From IMG/VR virus record IMGVR_UViG_3300028591_000070, positions 64,001 through 128,000 of that record: a DNA stretch of 64,000 nt; one strand, written 5' to 3'. The first letter of the stretch is position 1; every line of letters begins with the position of its first letter. This DNA comes from a virus. Lineage: Duplodnaviria; Caudoviricetes. The notes under the pieces were generated by a model. That model was not told the DNA's origin, ran no database searches, and saw only the letters and a program-made list of their open reading frames with translations. A program made the translations under genes and the position numbers. Shown here in pieces: positions 17,553 through 27,599 of the stretch.

Positions 17553-19376
17553 ATGGATAAAGAATCTGTATTTAACGAATATAATAAACTTTTCCCAGTA
17601 CCGGCTCCCAAAAATCCGGCATCTTATGATGAGGTAAAAGGAATTCTTAATAGAACTCCACATAAAATGCTTACCTTTTCAAAGCAGCCTGGTGATGTGC
17701 CTGCTTATGCCACTCGTTCATCAAGTTTTGGAACGACTGGTATTTATAATATTTATGTAAATCCAGAATATGAACAGTCTTATGATGGTTTGCTTCTCCA
17801 TGAAATGGGACATATCATCTTTGGTCATCTTCAGTCTAATGCATTTAATGAAAAAACTTTTGAAATGAAACTTAAGTTTGCTTGGGCACGCATTAGAAAA
17901 CTTATTATGGTTGGAGATGATGTTAAACTTTCTGAAAAAGAAATCCAAGACATTTATCTTAATAAAGTTAAGCAGATTATGCTCAACTATGCTATGGATT
18001 ATGAAGTAAACTCAAAATTGTTTACTCCTGAAGAATGGGCAGAACAAGCTCAGAAGTTTGAATATGACTGGATGAAAATCCATTTCGAAGATGAAAACTT
18101 TGATGAGCAGTCTTATGAAGAAACTTTTAATGTTAAGAAAGATGACCCTACTAAAAAGATTGTAAGTGCTCTTTGGCCTGAAGATGTAGGTTTTCCATTA
18201 AAATTACAGTTTACGCAGTATATTGATTTGATGATTCGCGACCCAGAAAAGTTCTTTGAAAAACTTCTTCTGTTAAATCCACCTCCAATGAGTGGAAATG
18301 GTGGTGATGACCAGGATGATGGCTCACAAGGTCAGAATGGAAAATCTAAAGGTAAGGGTGGCGGAAACTCTAAGAAAAATAAAAATCAGCAGAGTGGCCA
18401 AGGAAATGGTGGTGGCCAGTCAGACTCTGAAGATGAAAAATCTGATGAACAGTCTGGTGGAAATGGAAATGGCAAAGAAGATAAATCATCTAAAAGTAAA
18501 GATGGTAATGGCTCATCTGGCGGAAAGCTGAGTCTTGCTGATATTGATCGTCTTGCTAAAGAAGCTGAAGATATGGATGAAGAAGCCATGAAAAAAGTTA
18601 CTGAAGCCGCAGAAAAAGCTGAAGCAGGTGAAGGTGGCGATGAAGATGGCTTAGGTAGCAGCGGAGATGAGGACGGAGATAATTCTTCTGGAAATTATTC
18701 ACCTTTTGGAACTGGTGCAAAACGCAGTGCAATCATTGATGTAAAAGATACTCATGCTCTTGAAAATGAATTGCTTAAAGCAGTTTATAACAAAACTGTA
18801 ATGAATACTCGCCAGGACCCAGTTTATTATTATAATCGTAAAAAATATAACTCAAATGTTATGATTAGCCGCTCTAGAGAAGAACAGCTTTGGAGACCTG
18901 GAAATATTGTACTTTTGGTTGACTGTTCTGGTTCTATCAATGACACAGCAATTGGAGTAATGATTAAATGTGTTCGTCGTATCGCTAAGAAATGTGGACC
19001 AAAATCTCGTATTGTTTGGTGGGACACTGAACTTGAAGGTGACTATCCACTTAATGCTGATAAAGGTCCAAAAGGTTATGGTGGAACTCGTATTTCAAAA
19101 GGTATTAAGTATGTTCGCAGCCATTATCTTCGTCAGTCTAATGATAAACTTGTAATTATCTCAGATTATGCAGACTCGCTTACAATGTGGTATGATGAAG
19201 CTAAGAAAATTAAGAATGATGTTGTTGGACTTTGTTGGCTTTATACCGAAGATAAAACAGAAACACCTAGACAATATCTTTCTGATTGGTGGAGCTATGG
19301 TAGTAGAGGAGAGGAAAATAAATCTTATGATAAATTCCTTAAAAAGATACCAACTACCTTAGTTAATATTTCCTAA
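17553..19376 (+). CDS. HEXXH metallopeptidase-like plus vWA domain protein (DUF2201-like architecture)
   Basis: LLLHEMGH...NYAMDYEVN, G/S/D-rich linker, LLVDCSGS MIDAS, GGT, IISD. Confidence 0.85.
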   Translation: MDKESVFNEYNKLFPVPAPKNPASYDEVKGILNRTPHKMLTFSKQPGDVPAYATRSSSFGTTGIYNIYVNPEYEQSYDGLLLHEMGHIIFGHLQSNAFNEKTFEMKLKFAWARIRKLIMVGDDVKLSEKEIQDIYLNKVKQIMLNYAMDYEVNSKLFTPEEWAEQAQKFEYDWMKIHFEDENFDEQSYEETFNVKKDDPTKKIVSALWPEDVGFPLKLQFTQYIDLMIRDPEKFFEKLLLLNPPPMSGNGGDDQDDGSQGQNGKSKGKGGGNSKKNKNQQSGQGNGGGQSDSEDEKSDEQSGGNGNGKEDKSSKSKDGNGSSGGKLSLADIDRLAKEAEDMDEEAMKKVTEAAEKAEAGEGGDEDGLGSSGDEDGDNSSGNYSPFGTGAKRSAIIDVKDTHALENELLKAVYNKTVMNTRQDPVYYYNRKKYNSNVMISRSREEQLWRPGNIVLLVDCSGSINDTAIGVMIKCVRRIAKKCGPKSRIVWWDTELEGDYPLNADKGPKGYGGTRISKGIKYVRSHYLRQSNDKLVIISDYADSLTMWYDEAKKIKNDVVGLCWLYTEDKTETPRQYLSDWWSYGSRGEENKSYDKFLKKIPTTLVNIS

Positions 19377-19421
19377 GAAGAATGTTTTTTACATTTAGAA
19401 AACTTGATTTTTAGGAAATGT

Positions 19422-19433
19422 ACTTAATTAAAT
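19422..19433 (+). promoter_or_regulatory. ACTAATT-type element (variant)
   Basis: ACTTAATTAAAT directly before ATG. Confidence 0.5.
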
Positions 19434-19871
19434 ATGGTAACCCTCAAACCTACTAAGCGTGATTTTATTTTTGATAGGTTCTTTGAAAAAAAGAATAATT
19501 ATGAATATTTCTACTATGAGGAAGACCCTACAGTAGAAAATGATATTGAATTGTTTGGCTATTCTAAGTTTGCTTGTGATGCAGCTTATGAAGATGGCGA
19601 AGTTCAATGGAACTATATTGTTAAAAATAATAAAATTTTGGGTATTACTGCTATTAAAAAAGATGGTGATAATCTAAAAATTAAGTTTTTGGAAATAAAT
19701 TCAAAACTTAGAGGAAGAGGTTTTGGAGCTGAAACTATTGAATATTTCAAAGCTCTAAAAGATAATAAAAAGTACAAAGCTATTCTTTTATATCCTAAAG
19801 ATGAAGAAGTTGCCGAGCATTTTTACAAACCCCTTGGATTCAAAGAGAATGGTGGAGAACTGATTTACTAA
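19434..19871 (+). CDS. GNAT-family acetyltransferase
   Basis: LEINSKLRGRGFG acetyl-CoA motif A and FYKPLGF motif B. Confidence 0.85.
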   Translation: MVTLKPTKRDFIFDRFFEKKNNYEYFYYEEDPTVENDIELFGYSKFACDAAYEDGEVQWNYIVKNNKILGITAIKKDGDNLKIKFLEINSKLRGRGFGAETIEYFKALKDNKKYKAILLYPKDEEVAEHFYKPLGFKENGGELIY

Positions 19872-19883
19872 GGAGTTTGATTT

Positions 19884-20078
19884 ATGGCTGATAAGGTTTA
19901 TATTGTTTGGGAAAGATCTGAATCTGAAGATACTTATGGTGACACAATTGTGGATATCTATAAGGACAAAATAAAAGCTCAAGAAGTGGCAGATAATTTA
20001 CGCCATAAGATGATGAATGATCCTGAAAATGATGATGACTCATTAGACTATTTTGTTGAAGGTCATGAGGTAAAATAA
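19884..20078 (+). CDS. small hypothetical protein
   Basis: 64 aa, AAGGAG RBS; KVYIV...IVDIY...KA pattern common in small phage proteins. Confidence 0.75.
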   Translation: MADKVYIVWERSESEDTYGDTIVDIYKDKIKAQEVADNLRHKMMNDPENDDDSLDYFVEGHEVK

Positions 20079-20090
20079 ACTAATTATCCT
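20079..20090 (+). promoter_or_regulatory. ACTAATT-type element
   Basis: ACTAATTATCCT directly before ATG. Confidence 0.7.
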
Positions 20091-20441
20091 ATGGATAATA
20101 AAGAAATTTTTAGAGAAAAAGTTTATAGAACTCAACAAAAAAGATTGGTTGAGAGTATAAATGAGTCACTTATAAGCGAAATTAAAGAAATTTATCGCAA
20201 TTATGTAAGTGAGATTGGTTCTACCATCACTGAAAATCTTGTTACAATAAACTTTATTATTTCTGGAGCTGGAACTTCATATGAAGAAGTTGAAGGTGAT
20301 ATGGACAATATTGCAGATGCTTATGGAATGACAGTTTCAGATTTTAGTTGCTTCTGTGAAGAAGGACAAGATATTGAATGTGATGAATACCTAAGAACAG
20401 GACAACCTGTAGAGTTTTGTGTTTCATTTGAATACCTTTAA
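20091..20441 (+). CDS. hypothetical protein
   Basis: 116 aa with LVESINES motif. Confidence 0.75.
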   Translation: MDNKEIFREKVYRTQQKRLVESINESLISEIKEIYRNYVSEIGSTITENLVTINFIISGAGTSYEEVEGDMDNIADAYGMTVSDFSCFCEEGQDIECDEYLRTGQPVEFCVSFEYL

Positions 20442-20446
20442 AAAAG

Positions 20447-20470
20447 AGGACCTCAATAAGAGGTCCTTTC
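20447..20470 (+). terminator. intrinsic terminator
   Basis: AGGACCTC-AATAA-GAGGTCCT-TTC. Confidence 0.75.
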
Positions 20471-20479
20471 TTATTTAAG

Positions 20480-20491
20480 ACTAATTAAAGT
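20480..20491 (+). promoter_or_regulatory. ACTAATT-type element
   Basis: ACTAATTAAAGT directly before ATG. Confidence 0.7.
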
Positions 20492-21049
20492 ATGAAACAT
20501 TTGATTAAACGTGGAACATCAATTCCTACAGAAGCAGATTTGGAAGACTATCAATTAGGCTGGTGTACTGGAAATAAAAAGCTTTATATTAAAGATGATG
20601 GTGTTATTAGACAACTGAGTTCAACTGTAGTTTTAGAAGATAACACTTTTGTAGAGTCTAAACAACAGGCTATTCAGAATAATGGTACTTATGTTTTTTC
20701 TGCTGTGTCTGATAATTTATTATTTACAATCACTTTTAACTTTAGTAATAATATTCTAAACTTTAAGATTACTCCAACAGGAAATAGAAGATTTACTATT
20801 CAAAATGCTATAACTCATCAAGAATGGATGACAACTAATGGATATAGAAGTCTTTCTAATTTTACAACTCTTGAAACTGATTCAATTGACTTTAATGTAG
20901 GCTCATTTATCAATGCCGTAGATAAAAACTTTTATTTTGAAATGTTTTTTACAATCAATGGATATGACTATAAAATCGATTTTAGATCTGCTGAAGAAAG
21001 CTCAACATCAGTAAGCGCTATTTGTACTATGAGTAAAACAGTAGCATAA
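20492..21049 (+). CDS. putative tail fibre-associated protein
   Basis: N-terminal IKRGTSIP...L...QLGW...KLYIKD resembles the anchoring motif of fibre/Mtd-type proteins. Confidence 0.5.
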   Translation: MKHLIKRGTSIPTEADLEDYQLGWCTGNKKLYIKDDGVIRQLSSTVVLEDNTFVESKQQAIQNNGTYVFSAVSDNLLFTITFNFSNNILNFKITPTGNRRFTIQNAITHQEWMTTNGYRSLSNFTTLETDSIDFNVGSFINAVDKNFYFEMFFTINGYDYKIDFRSAEESSTSVSAICTMSKTVA

Positions 21050-21059
21050 GGAGATTATT

Positions 21060-22160
21060 ATGGGAAAAGCAATAGTACCAAAAAGTAATAGTATTCATCC
21101 TAAAAAAGAAGGCTTATTTATATACAATCATGCCTTATTTATGAATGAAAAAGACTCTAGTTATAAAATTACAAATATTATTCATAAAGCAAAACCTCTC
21201 AGTAAATTATTTACAGCTATACAAGAAAAAATCGCAATTACGGGAACACAGTCACTTTCAGAAAGTGCCAGATTATTAGCAAGCGGCGTTACTCCTGATG
21301 GTATTACTCAAAGATATCCAATTATTCAACCTAGAGTTGGATATTTAAGAATATGGAGAAATTATGAAGGTTCAGATCTTTATTTTCAATTCTTAGATAC
21401 TTATAATAATAACACAGTTGGAAGACCTACTGACCTTATAGCTCATACAACTACTGATAAATCTCAAGGAGCTGGGTGGAATGGGGACCTTAATTTTATC
21501 TTAAACTTTTATTCTATTGATATGAGTTTAGGTTATATTCAAGATTTATCTAAAGGATATTGGAATAATAATAATGGATGGACACAAGGTTCATTAGTAT
21601 ATGATGGTGATGACTTAAATCTTTATTATAAAGATATAACAGTTTCATGGTGTAGAATTTTTGCTCCTACGCCTTCTGATCCACCTTGGACTTGGGTGTG
21701 CTTAGATGATGGCTATACTGGAAGAAACTGGGTACCTATTTTAAGTGGTACAAATGCTCAATGGACTGAATCTCAGATGGCAGAAAGATTTGCCAATAGA
21801 TATTATGATTGTTATAGAAATATAGATCAAGTAATAAATCAAGGTGTATATGCTGATGGTATTACTCAAATAAGTCTAGGTATTGGCGATATAAAATTTA
21901 CTCTTGAAAGAAGCGATACAGATTATACTATATCTTTTACTGGAAGTAGTCTTTCTTCTAAAGAAATATCCTTAAATTGTAAACTTATAGCTGGTGATAC
22001 TTTTAAAATTTTTAATCCATTAAAAGGAACAAGTGATATTCATTTTAGTGGAAATTCTAAAATAGAGATTATTTCTAGAGGAAGCTATACAACTAAACAA
22101 GAGATTTTTATCAACGATACCAATAAACAATTAATGCTTATAACAGAAAAACTATTCTAA
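21060..22160 (+). CDS. hypothetical protein, possible receptor-binding/structural
   Basis: 366 aa, beta-rich with W/G/N; AAGGAG RBS. Confidence 0.7.
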   Translation: MGKAIVPKSNSIHPKKEGLFIYNHALFMNEKDSSYKITNIIHKAKPLSKLFTAIQEKIAITGTQSLSESARLLASGVTPDGITQRYPIIQPRVGYLRIWRNYEGSDLYFQFLDTYNNNTVGRPTDLIAHTTTDKSQGAGWNGDLNFILNFYSIDMSLGYIQDLSKGYWNNNNGWTQGSLVYDGDDLNLYYKDITVSWCRIFAPTPSDPPWTWVCLDDGYTGRNWVPILSGTNAQWTESQMAERFANRYYDCYRNIDQVINQGVYADGITQISLGIGDIKFTLERSDTDYTISFTGSSLSSKEISLNCKLIAGDTFKIFNPLKGTSDIHFSGNSKIEIISRGSYTTKQEIFINDTNKQLMLITEKLF

Positions 22161-22589
22161 TACCTTAAAGAATTCTTCAATAATTTTTTCTTTTGAGAAA
22201 TTAGAGTAATATTGGCCACCTATCTCAACAATAATAGGTTTATCATTTATTTTATGTGACTTAAGACTGTTGAGGTAGGTGTCTCTTGCTCTTGAAGAGA
22301 TTCCCATCCACACTGCTACTTTTTCGGGACTCATTTCAAATTTACCTTCACCATTTATACAATGTTCAACAAATTCTTTATATTCCCTTATAGTATCATT
22401 TGTGGCTTTTCCAAAGATATATCTTTTAGGAGCTTGTTCTTCTTGAACAGATTTATGAACTCGCTTTTCCTCAGGAGAAGTGCCTCGCAATTGAGACCTT
22501 AATTGTTTATTTTCTGTTTTTAATTGGACAATTTTAGTTACTAATTGCCCAATTACCTTTGAGATAAGGGCTTCTTCCTGTGGAGTCAT
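22152..22589 (-). CDS. coiled-coil plus possible HTH protein
   Basis: N-terminal heptads; SPEKVAVWMGISSRARDTYL HTH-like segment. Confidence 0.6.
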   Translation of the reverse strand: MTPQEEALISKVIGQLVTKIVQLKTENKQLRSQLRGTSPEEKRVHKSVQEEQAPKRYIFGKATNDTIREYKEFVEHCINGEGKFEMSPEKVAVWMGISSRARDTYLNSLKSHKINDKPIIVEIGGQYYSNFSKEKIIEEFFKVLE

Positions 22590-22774
22590 TAGTCCTTAAG
22601 TACCTCCTGAGCTTTTGCAAGAATATCGGCAAGATTTCCTGCGCTCTCAGTGTTCTGATTTTTAAGATTACGATTTGTTTCCATTAACTGAGCATTTTGT
22701 GCTTTGAGCTCAACAATTTTGTTTACCAACTTTTCGATTACATTTACTGTTTCATTAATTACATTTTCATCCAT
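22589..22774 (-). CDS. small coiled-coil protein
   Basis: 61 aa, heptad repeat, TAATG coupling at both ends. Confidence 0.7.
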   Translation of the reverse strand: MDENVINETVNVIEKLVNKIVELKAQNAQLMETNRNLKNQNTESAGNLADILAKAQEVLKD

Positions 22775-24300
22775 TATTTTAATATCTCCTTTGCTTTATT
22801 TATTGCATTTTTAAGGGCTGTAAAGTCCATATTAACTGATCCATTATTTTGTTTTTTAGTAGAATATTTATTTATTGTATCGTCAACAGATCCTTCTAGA
22901 TGTTCAACCGCTTTTTTACACTTGAACTCAAACTCATTTTGGTTGAATACACCATCTCCATAATAGTCATCATATACTTCAAGTAAAAATCTTTCTTTTT
23001 CCTCTTTATCTTTCCAGAATAAATATTCAGAAACTTGTCTTAAGAGTTTTCTATCAATTGCTGCTTTTGGTGTAAAATATGAGATTAAAAACTCTTGGCC
23101 AATACCTATAATAGCAATAATAATAATCATTAAAGTTTCAGCAATACCAGACCCAGAAGCATCATCAGATTTTGTTTTTGATGTAATTGCCTCAGAAATG
23201 AGCATAAAAATCTGTGAACTTTCACCTATATCAGAATTGTTTTTCCATTCTTCACGAAGACCTTGCAAAATACCAATTACTTGAGTAATATCAATAGGCT
23301 CACCATTTTCATCAAGAAATGAAACAGGCTTTCCTTCAATTACAAGTCCATTTTCATATGAGTTGGGATGCTTATAGAGATTTTCAAGAGCTAAAATAGT
23401 ATTTTTGATTTCTTCATTATTTTCATTAGCAAGGGCATCATAAGCCGCAATAGAGTCTTTATCTATTTCTGTTTTCTTTGCTTCTTGCTGGAATTTTGTA
23501 ACAAGCTCAGACCTAGAAATATAGTCAATATTATTTCCAATAAAAGTAGGGGCCATTTTCTTAAATGGCTTTCTTTTAGCTTCAATATAGCTAGTTTTTT
23601 CCTCTTCAGTTTCAAGAGCTAAATATTCTTCATTCTCATAAATATCTGCAAGAATATTTTGCCATTTTTCAATATTTGGCCAATATCTATCAGCTTCTCT
23701 TTCAGCCGTCTGTTTTGAATTTGCAGTTCCTTCAAGATTACCACGTGTAAGAGTACGTTTATCATTACTATCAGATTTTTTCTGATCTTTGAGAGCTTTT
23801 AATTCATCAATAGAAATTGTAATGTTTGTAGCATTTCTTTCCGCATCTTTCATAGCAGAGCCAATTGAATTTACAGAAAGTGATAAAGCTGTAATTATAG
23901 AAAGAATAATTGTAAACTTATGCCAAATATGAGCTTTAATAATAGGTTTATTTAAGTTTTTAGCCCAAGAAAAATTTTTAGCATAGAGACGAGCTTGTAA
24001 TTCTTTTAGCATACCAAGCTTCATAGCCAACCAGAATTTAGCTGAAATAAAACCAATAGATATTACTGTATATAATATTGCTGCTGCCATTGGAATTGTT
24101 CCAATATGAAGCAAAGATTTAGATAATCCACTGAAAAAAGCAACATCAATTATTCCGGAAGCTATAGATAAGATAATACAAGTAACAACTGAACCTTTAA
24201 CTAAAACTGTTGAGCTTGAAAGACGTTCTTGATTTTTATTAAAAATAATTTTAAAATTTATACCATTTCTTTTTTTAGTATTTTTACTTTTATTATGCAT
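22774..24300 (-). CDS. multi-pass membrane protein with coiled-coil soluble domain
   Basis: three N-terminal and one C-proximal hydrophobic helices. Confidence 0.8.
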   Translation of the reverse strand: MHNKSKNTKKRNGINFKIIFNKNQERLSSSTVLVKGSVVTCIILSIASGIIDVAFFSGLSKSLLHIGTIPMAAAILYTVISIGFISAKFWLAMKLGMLKELQARLYAKNFSWAKNLNKPIIKAHIWHKFTIILSIITALSLSVNSIGSAMKDAERNATNITISIDELKALKDQKKSDSNDKRTLTRGNLEGTANSKQTAEREADRYWPNIEKWQNILADIYENEEYLALETEEEKTSYIEAKRKPFKKMAPTFIGNNIDYISRSELVTKFQQEAKKTEIDKDSIAAYDALANENNEEIKNTILALENLYKHPNSYENGLVIEGKPVSFLDENGEPIDITQVIGILQGLREEWKNNSDIGESSQIFMLISEAITSKTKSDDASGSGIAETLMIIIIAIIGIGQEFLISYFTPKAAIDRKLLRQVSEYLFWKDKEEKERFLLEVYDDYYGDGVFNQNEFEFKCKKAVEHLEGSVDDTINKYSTKKQNNGSVNMDFTALKNAINKAKEILK

Positions 24301-24322
24301 AGTAATTAAATATTAACTGAAA

Positions 24323-24341
24323 AGGCAGCTTAAAGCTGCCT
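24323..24341 (-). terminator. intrinsic terminator
   Basis: AGGCAGCT-TAA-AGCTGCCT with T-run on the minus strand. Confidence 0.75.
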
Positions 24342-24348
24342 CTTAAAA

Positions 24349-24489
24349 TTACAAACGGATTGCGTTTGAATTATTAATTTGCTCTTTATCCTTATAAAGC
24401 TTCTGAATTGCTTCAGTTTCAGCTTTTTCCAACTTTTCAGCTTCTTTTTTAGCTTTGATTTCTGCAATCTTTTTTGCATCTGTTGCCAT
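24349..24489 (-). CDS. small Lys/Glu-rich protein (46 aa, not in ORF track)
   Basis: MATDAKKIAEIKAKKEAEKLEKAETEAIQKLYKDKEQINNSNAIRL; GGAGG upstream, TAATG coupling. Confidence 0.7.
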   Translation of the reverse strand: MATDAKKIAEIKAKKEAEKLEKAETEAIQKLYKDKEQINNSNAIRL

Positions 24490-24869
24490 TAGTTATTTCC
24501 TCCATTATTTTGGTTATTTTGCTGTTGTTGATTGTTTCCACCCATTCCACTAGCTTGATTTAAGCTATTAGTAGAAACCTCCATATTTCCTTTGTTATTA
24601 CCATTGCCCATAGATTTTTTAATATTTTCTACAAGCTGTTCACCAAACTTCTCTAAAGTAGTTTGAAAACTTTTTAGGATTTCATCTTTAGTATTTTTTA
24701 GTGCTGCTTCAAAAGCTTGCTCTAATGTTTTTTCATCTATTGGAGCTTGTTGCTGCACCTGCTGTTGTGGAGCTGCTTGCTGTTGAGGTTGCACATTTTG
24801 TTGCTGAACATTTCCATCTTCTTGGAGTTTTTCAGCTACATGTAAAGCATATAATACATCTCTTTCCAT
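24489..24869 (-). CDS. Gln/Asn-rich hypothetical protein
   Basis: 126 aa; ACTAATTTATTT before ATG. Confidence 0.75.
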   Translation of the reverse strand: MERDVLYALHVAEKLQEDGNVQQQNVQPQQQAAPQQQVQQQAPIDEKTLEQAFEAALKNTKDEILKSFQTTLEKFGEQLVENIKKSMGNGNNKGNMEVSTNSLNQASGMGGNNQQQQNNQNNGGNN

Positions 24870-24880
24870 AAATAAATTAG

Positions 24881-25450
24881 TTAATACCCAATAGCAGTTC
24901 TTCTCTTTCCCATCTCATAAATAGTTGTTACCATTTCGGCAGGCAAAGCTACTGTTGGGATGGTACATAAGGCTTTTTGCATAATCATTTTAAGGCCACC
25001 AAAGTCACCTACGAGTTCTTTTACTTGTAAAGCAACTATAATTGGGTCGGTAATATCTTCATCAACATAAATTCTGAAAATATAATCATCAACATCTAAA
25101 GGATAATTCCAAGGAACTTGAACAGTATAAGATGCTTCTTGTTTACCTTCTTCATGTGCTTCAATAGGAGATGTCATTTCCCATTTCTTTGTTTCACTAT
25201 TTAATAAAATTCTTCTGAATGGGATATTTACTTGTGCAGGAAATACAGCTCTAATAACATCTATTGATTTAATAGAAGCAAGCATGTCATCACCTCTATA
25301 GTCTCTTTGCATTTTACATAAGATACAATCAATAGGTGATGAAACATTTCTGAGGTTTACGTTATCAATTACTTTTCTTTTTAAATTATCTTGTTTTTGA
25401 GCAAGTCTTGATTGAAAAGTACTTATTCCTAAATCTAAATAATCTGCCAT
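24881..25450 (-). CDS. hypothetical protein, probably structural
   Basis: 189 aa, TAATG-coupled to the upstream gene. Confidence 0.75.
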   Translation of the reverse strand: MADYLDLGISTFQSRLAQKQDNLKRKVIDNVNLRNVSSPIDCILCKMQRDYRGDDMLASIKSIDVIRAVFPAQVNIPFRRILLNSETKKWEMTSPIEAHEEGKQEASYTVQVPWNYPLDVDDYIFRIYVDEDITDPIIVALQVKELVGDFGGLKMIMQKALCTIPTVALPAEMVTTIYEMGKRRTAIGY

Positions 25451-27552
25451 TAAAACTCTTCCTCATCTCTAATTTGAATATTTATAGCTTGTCTAACACT
25501 ATGATATTGTCCATCTGCAGCTAAATAAACAGCATAAGATGGTACTTTATTTTGATCATTATGTGGAATCATTTCAGGTGTAATAATACCTAAATTATTT
25601 CCATTATAAGTTGTATCTATTCCAGACTTATTCTCAAAGTCTTTGTGTAGTTGATTTAATGTGCCGGCAGTTTTATTCCAAGTTTCTTTTTCTTGTTTAC
25701 CACCTAATTTACCTGCTCTTACAAAGTTTTGATTAGCATAATTTACAAAAATTGCAAGATTATATTTAAGACCTTTTAGTAAGCCTTCTAATTCTCTTAA
25801 AGAATATGGCTGATCAGCTGGAACTTCTTCTTCTGGAATATTCTCTAACAAAACTAATAAATCACTTAATTGAGTTAAAGTTGCTTTATTATAGTCTTTT
25901 TTAGAAAGAATGTCTAATTCTTTCATGAGAGAATAATGAATTTTATTAGGATTATTTACCCATTCTTCAACCTTAAATGTAAGAAAATCACCGTTATCGT
26001 AAGAAATATATGTTGGGTCTCCAATAAATGTTTGGCCATCATTTGTAAATTTATGGCTTTTAATAGTAGGTCTTGTATCACATTTTGTATCTAATTGTCC
26101 AGTACCATAAGGATAACCTAAATTTTTATCATTTTGTGCATCTCTTGTAGATTTTCTACCACCTACAAGCTTTTTAATCATTTCCCATAATTCATCAATA
26201 GTACGAGAAATAATACGACCATCCATGATGAGGTTTCCATCTTTCATGAAAATAGCTGGAATATCACCATATTGGTCTGCTGTTTTTCTAGATTCAGGGT
26301 CAAACCATAAAGGTACTGAAGCACTAGACTCAGATGATGTAAATCTATCAGACTTATCTTCTTTTATTTCTTCAAATGTTTCAGTTTGGATAGCGCCAAT
26401 ATTAGAGTCTGGGTCATTTCCATCATCTATTAAAATTTGCATTTTAGATGCAAGGTCAATATTTCCACTATTTTTGAAATATTCTCTTGCATGTGAGTCA
26501 ATTGATGGAGTAGTTGTTGGAATATAAGGTCTTGTAGTTTTAGCTTCGTCTGGAATATTATCATCTATTTTGTCATAACGATTAAAATCACCATTTCCAG
26601 AAAGAATTAAATTGTTATGAATAACTTTGGCTGATTGATTTAAGCTCTGATTAAAGTCTCTATAGTCAACAAAGTCTGCGAAGAAAGAACATCTAAATAA
26701 AAGCCAACAGTGTTTAAGAAGATATTCTGTAATATCTTTCATTGTTACGGCACCAGCTGAGTCTTCTTGTGTAATGAAATCTGAGAACGATGGATTAACT
26801 AATTGGAAATTAAAATATCTACAAAAATAATCCCAAAATGTTTTAGATTTATAGTTGAATACAACTTTATTATATGCTTTTAAGTTTGATATATTTTCTA
26901 GATATTTTTTAGAAAATGGTAAATCTTCTCTACAGAGGAAGAAATCTATATCTTTGTTATCAACTTTTGTAGGTAAGAAGTTTTCATCTATATCAAAAGT
27001 AATAAACTGATTAGGTGAACTTAAGTCAAAAGCTTCAGTTGTTTCAAACTCTTTAATAGACTCTTTATCCCAAACTTTAATACCAGGAGCAAAAGAAGCT
27101 CCACTATTCTGCAATTTAGCAAAATAATCACCTATTTCTAATAGCTGAGGTTTAACTTGTTCCAAATATTTTTGGAAGTCCATTGAAGAAAGTGATGTAT
27201 AAGTTGAGATATTAGACTTAGAAGGAGTGTCATTAATAAATAATGGTTTAGACCTTAAATCAAACTTTGGAAGAGCCAAAGCAAACTTTGAACGATGCTG
27301 CTCAAGAATTTCATTTTCATCTTCTGTTTCTTTAAGTTTATAATATTTATTATAAATAAAGTTATTAGAATTGAAAACAATAATCTTATGGTCTAATTCA
27401 AGAGGTCTTAATTTATTTTTTGTATAGTTTGTTCTTGGAAGAATTTTACCATCTTCGGTATAAAATAATAAATCAAAAAGATTTACTTTTGAAATATGAA
27501 CTTGGTAATTTTCAATAGAAACCTCTTGTTTCCATTCTCTAGATATATTCAT
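25450..27552 (-). CDS. large hypothetical protein, probably structural
   Basis: start moved to 27552 (MNISREW), preceded by ACTAATTTATAC; the track start at 27591 lies inside a terminator. Confidence 0.75.
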   Translation of the reverse strand: MNISREWKQEVSIENYQVHISKVNLFDLLFYTEDGKILPRTNYTKNKLRPLELDHKIIVFNSNNFIYNKYYKLKETEDENEILEQHRSKFALALPKFDLRSKPLFINDTPSKSNISTYTSLSSMDFQKYLEQVKPQLLEIGDYFAKLQNSGASFAPGIKVWDKESIKEFETTEAFDLSSPNQFITFDIDENFLPTKVDNKDIDFFLCREDLPFSKKYLENISNLKAYNKVVFNYKSKTFWDYFCRYFNFQLVNPSFSDFITQEDSAGAVTMKDITEYLLKHCWLLFRCSFFADFVDYRDFNQSLNQSAKVIHNNLILSGNGDFNRYDKIDDNIPDEAKTTRPYIPTTTPSIDSHAREYFKNSGNIDLASKMQILIDDGNDPDSNIGAIQTETFEEIKEDKSDRFTSSESSASVPLWFDPESRKTADQYGDIPAIFMKDGNLIMDGRIISRTIDELWEMIKKLVGGRKSTRDAQNDKNLGYPYGTGQLDTKCDTRPTIKSHKFTNDGQTFIGDPTYISYDNGDFLTFKVEEWVNNPNKIHYSLMKELDILSKKDYNKATLTQLSDLLVLLENIPEEEVPADQPYSLRELEGLLKGLKYNLAIFVNYANQNFVRAGKLGGKQEKETWNKTAGTLNQLHKDFENKSGIDTTYNGNNLGIITPEMIPHNDQNKVPSYAVYLAADGQYHSVRQAINIQIRDEEEF

Positions 27553-27570
27553 GTATAAATTAGTAAATAA

Positions 27571-27596
27571 AAAAGGTGGCTTAATAGCCACCTTTT
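27571..27596 (-). terminator. intrinsic terminator
   Basis: AAAAGGTGGCT-TAAT-AGCCACCTTTT. Confidence 0.85.
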
Positions 27597-27599
27597 ATT

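Noticed and set aside
18290-18700. G/S/N/D-rich low-complexity tract as a repeat element
   Set aside because: Ordinary disordered linker in HEXXH-vWA proteins
27553-27591. Track start of the 713-aa ORF at 27591
   Set aside because: Lies within a terminator hairpin; ATG 27552 fits the ACTAATT 12-nt rule
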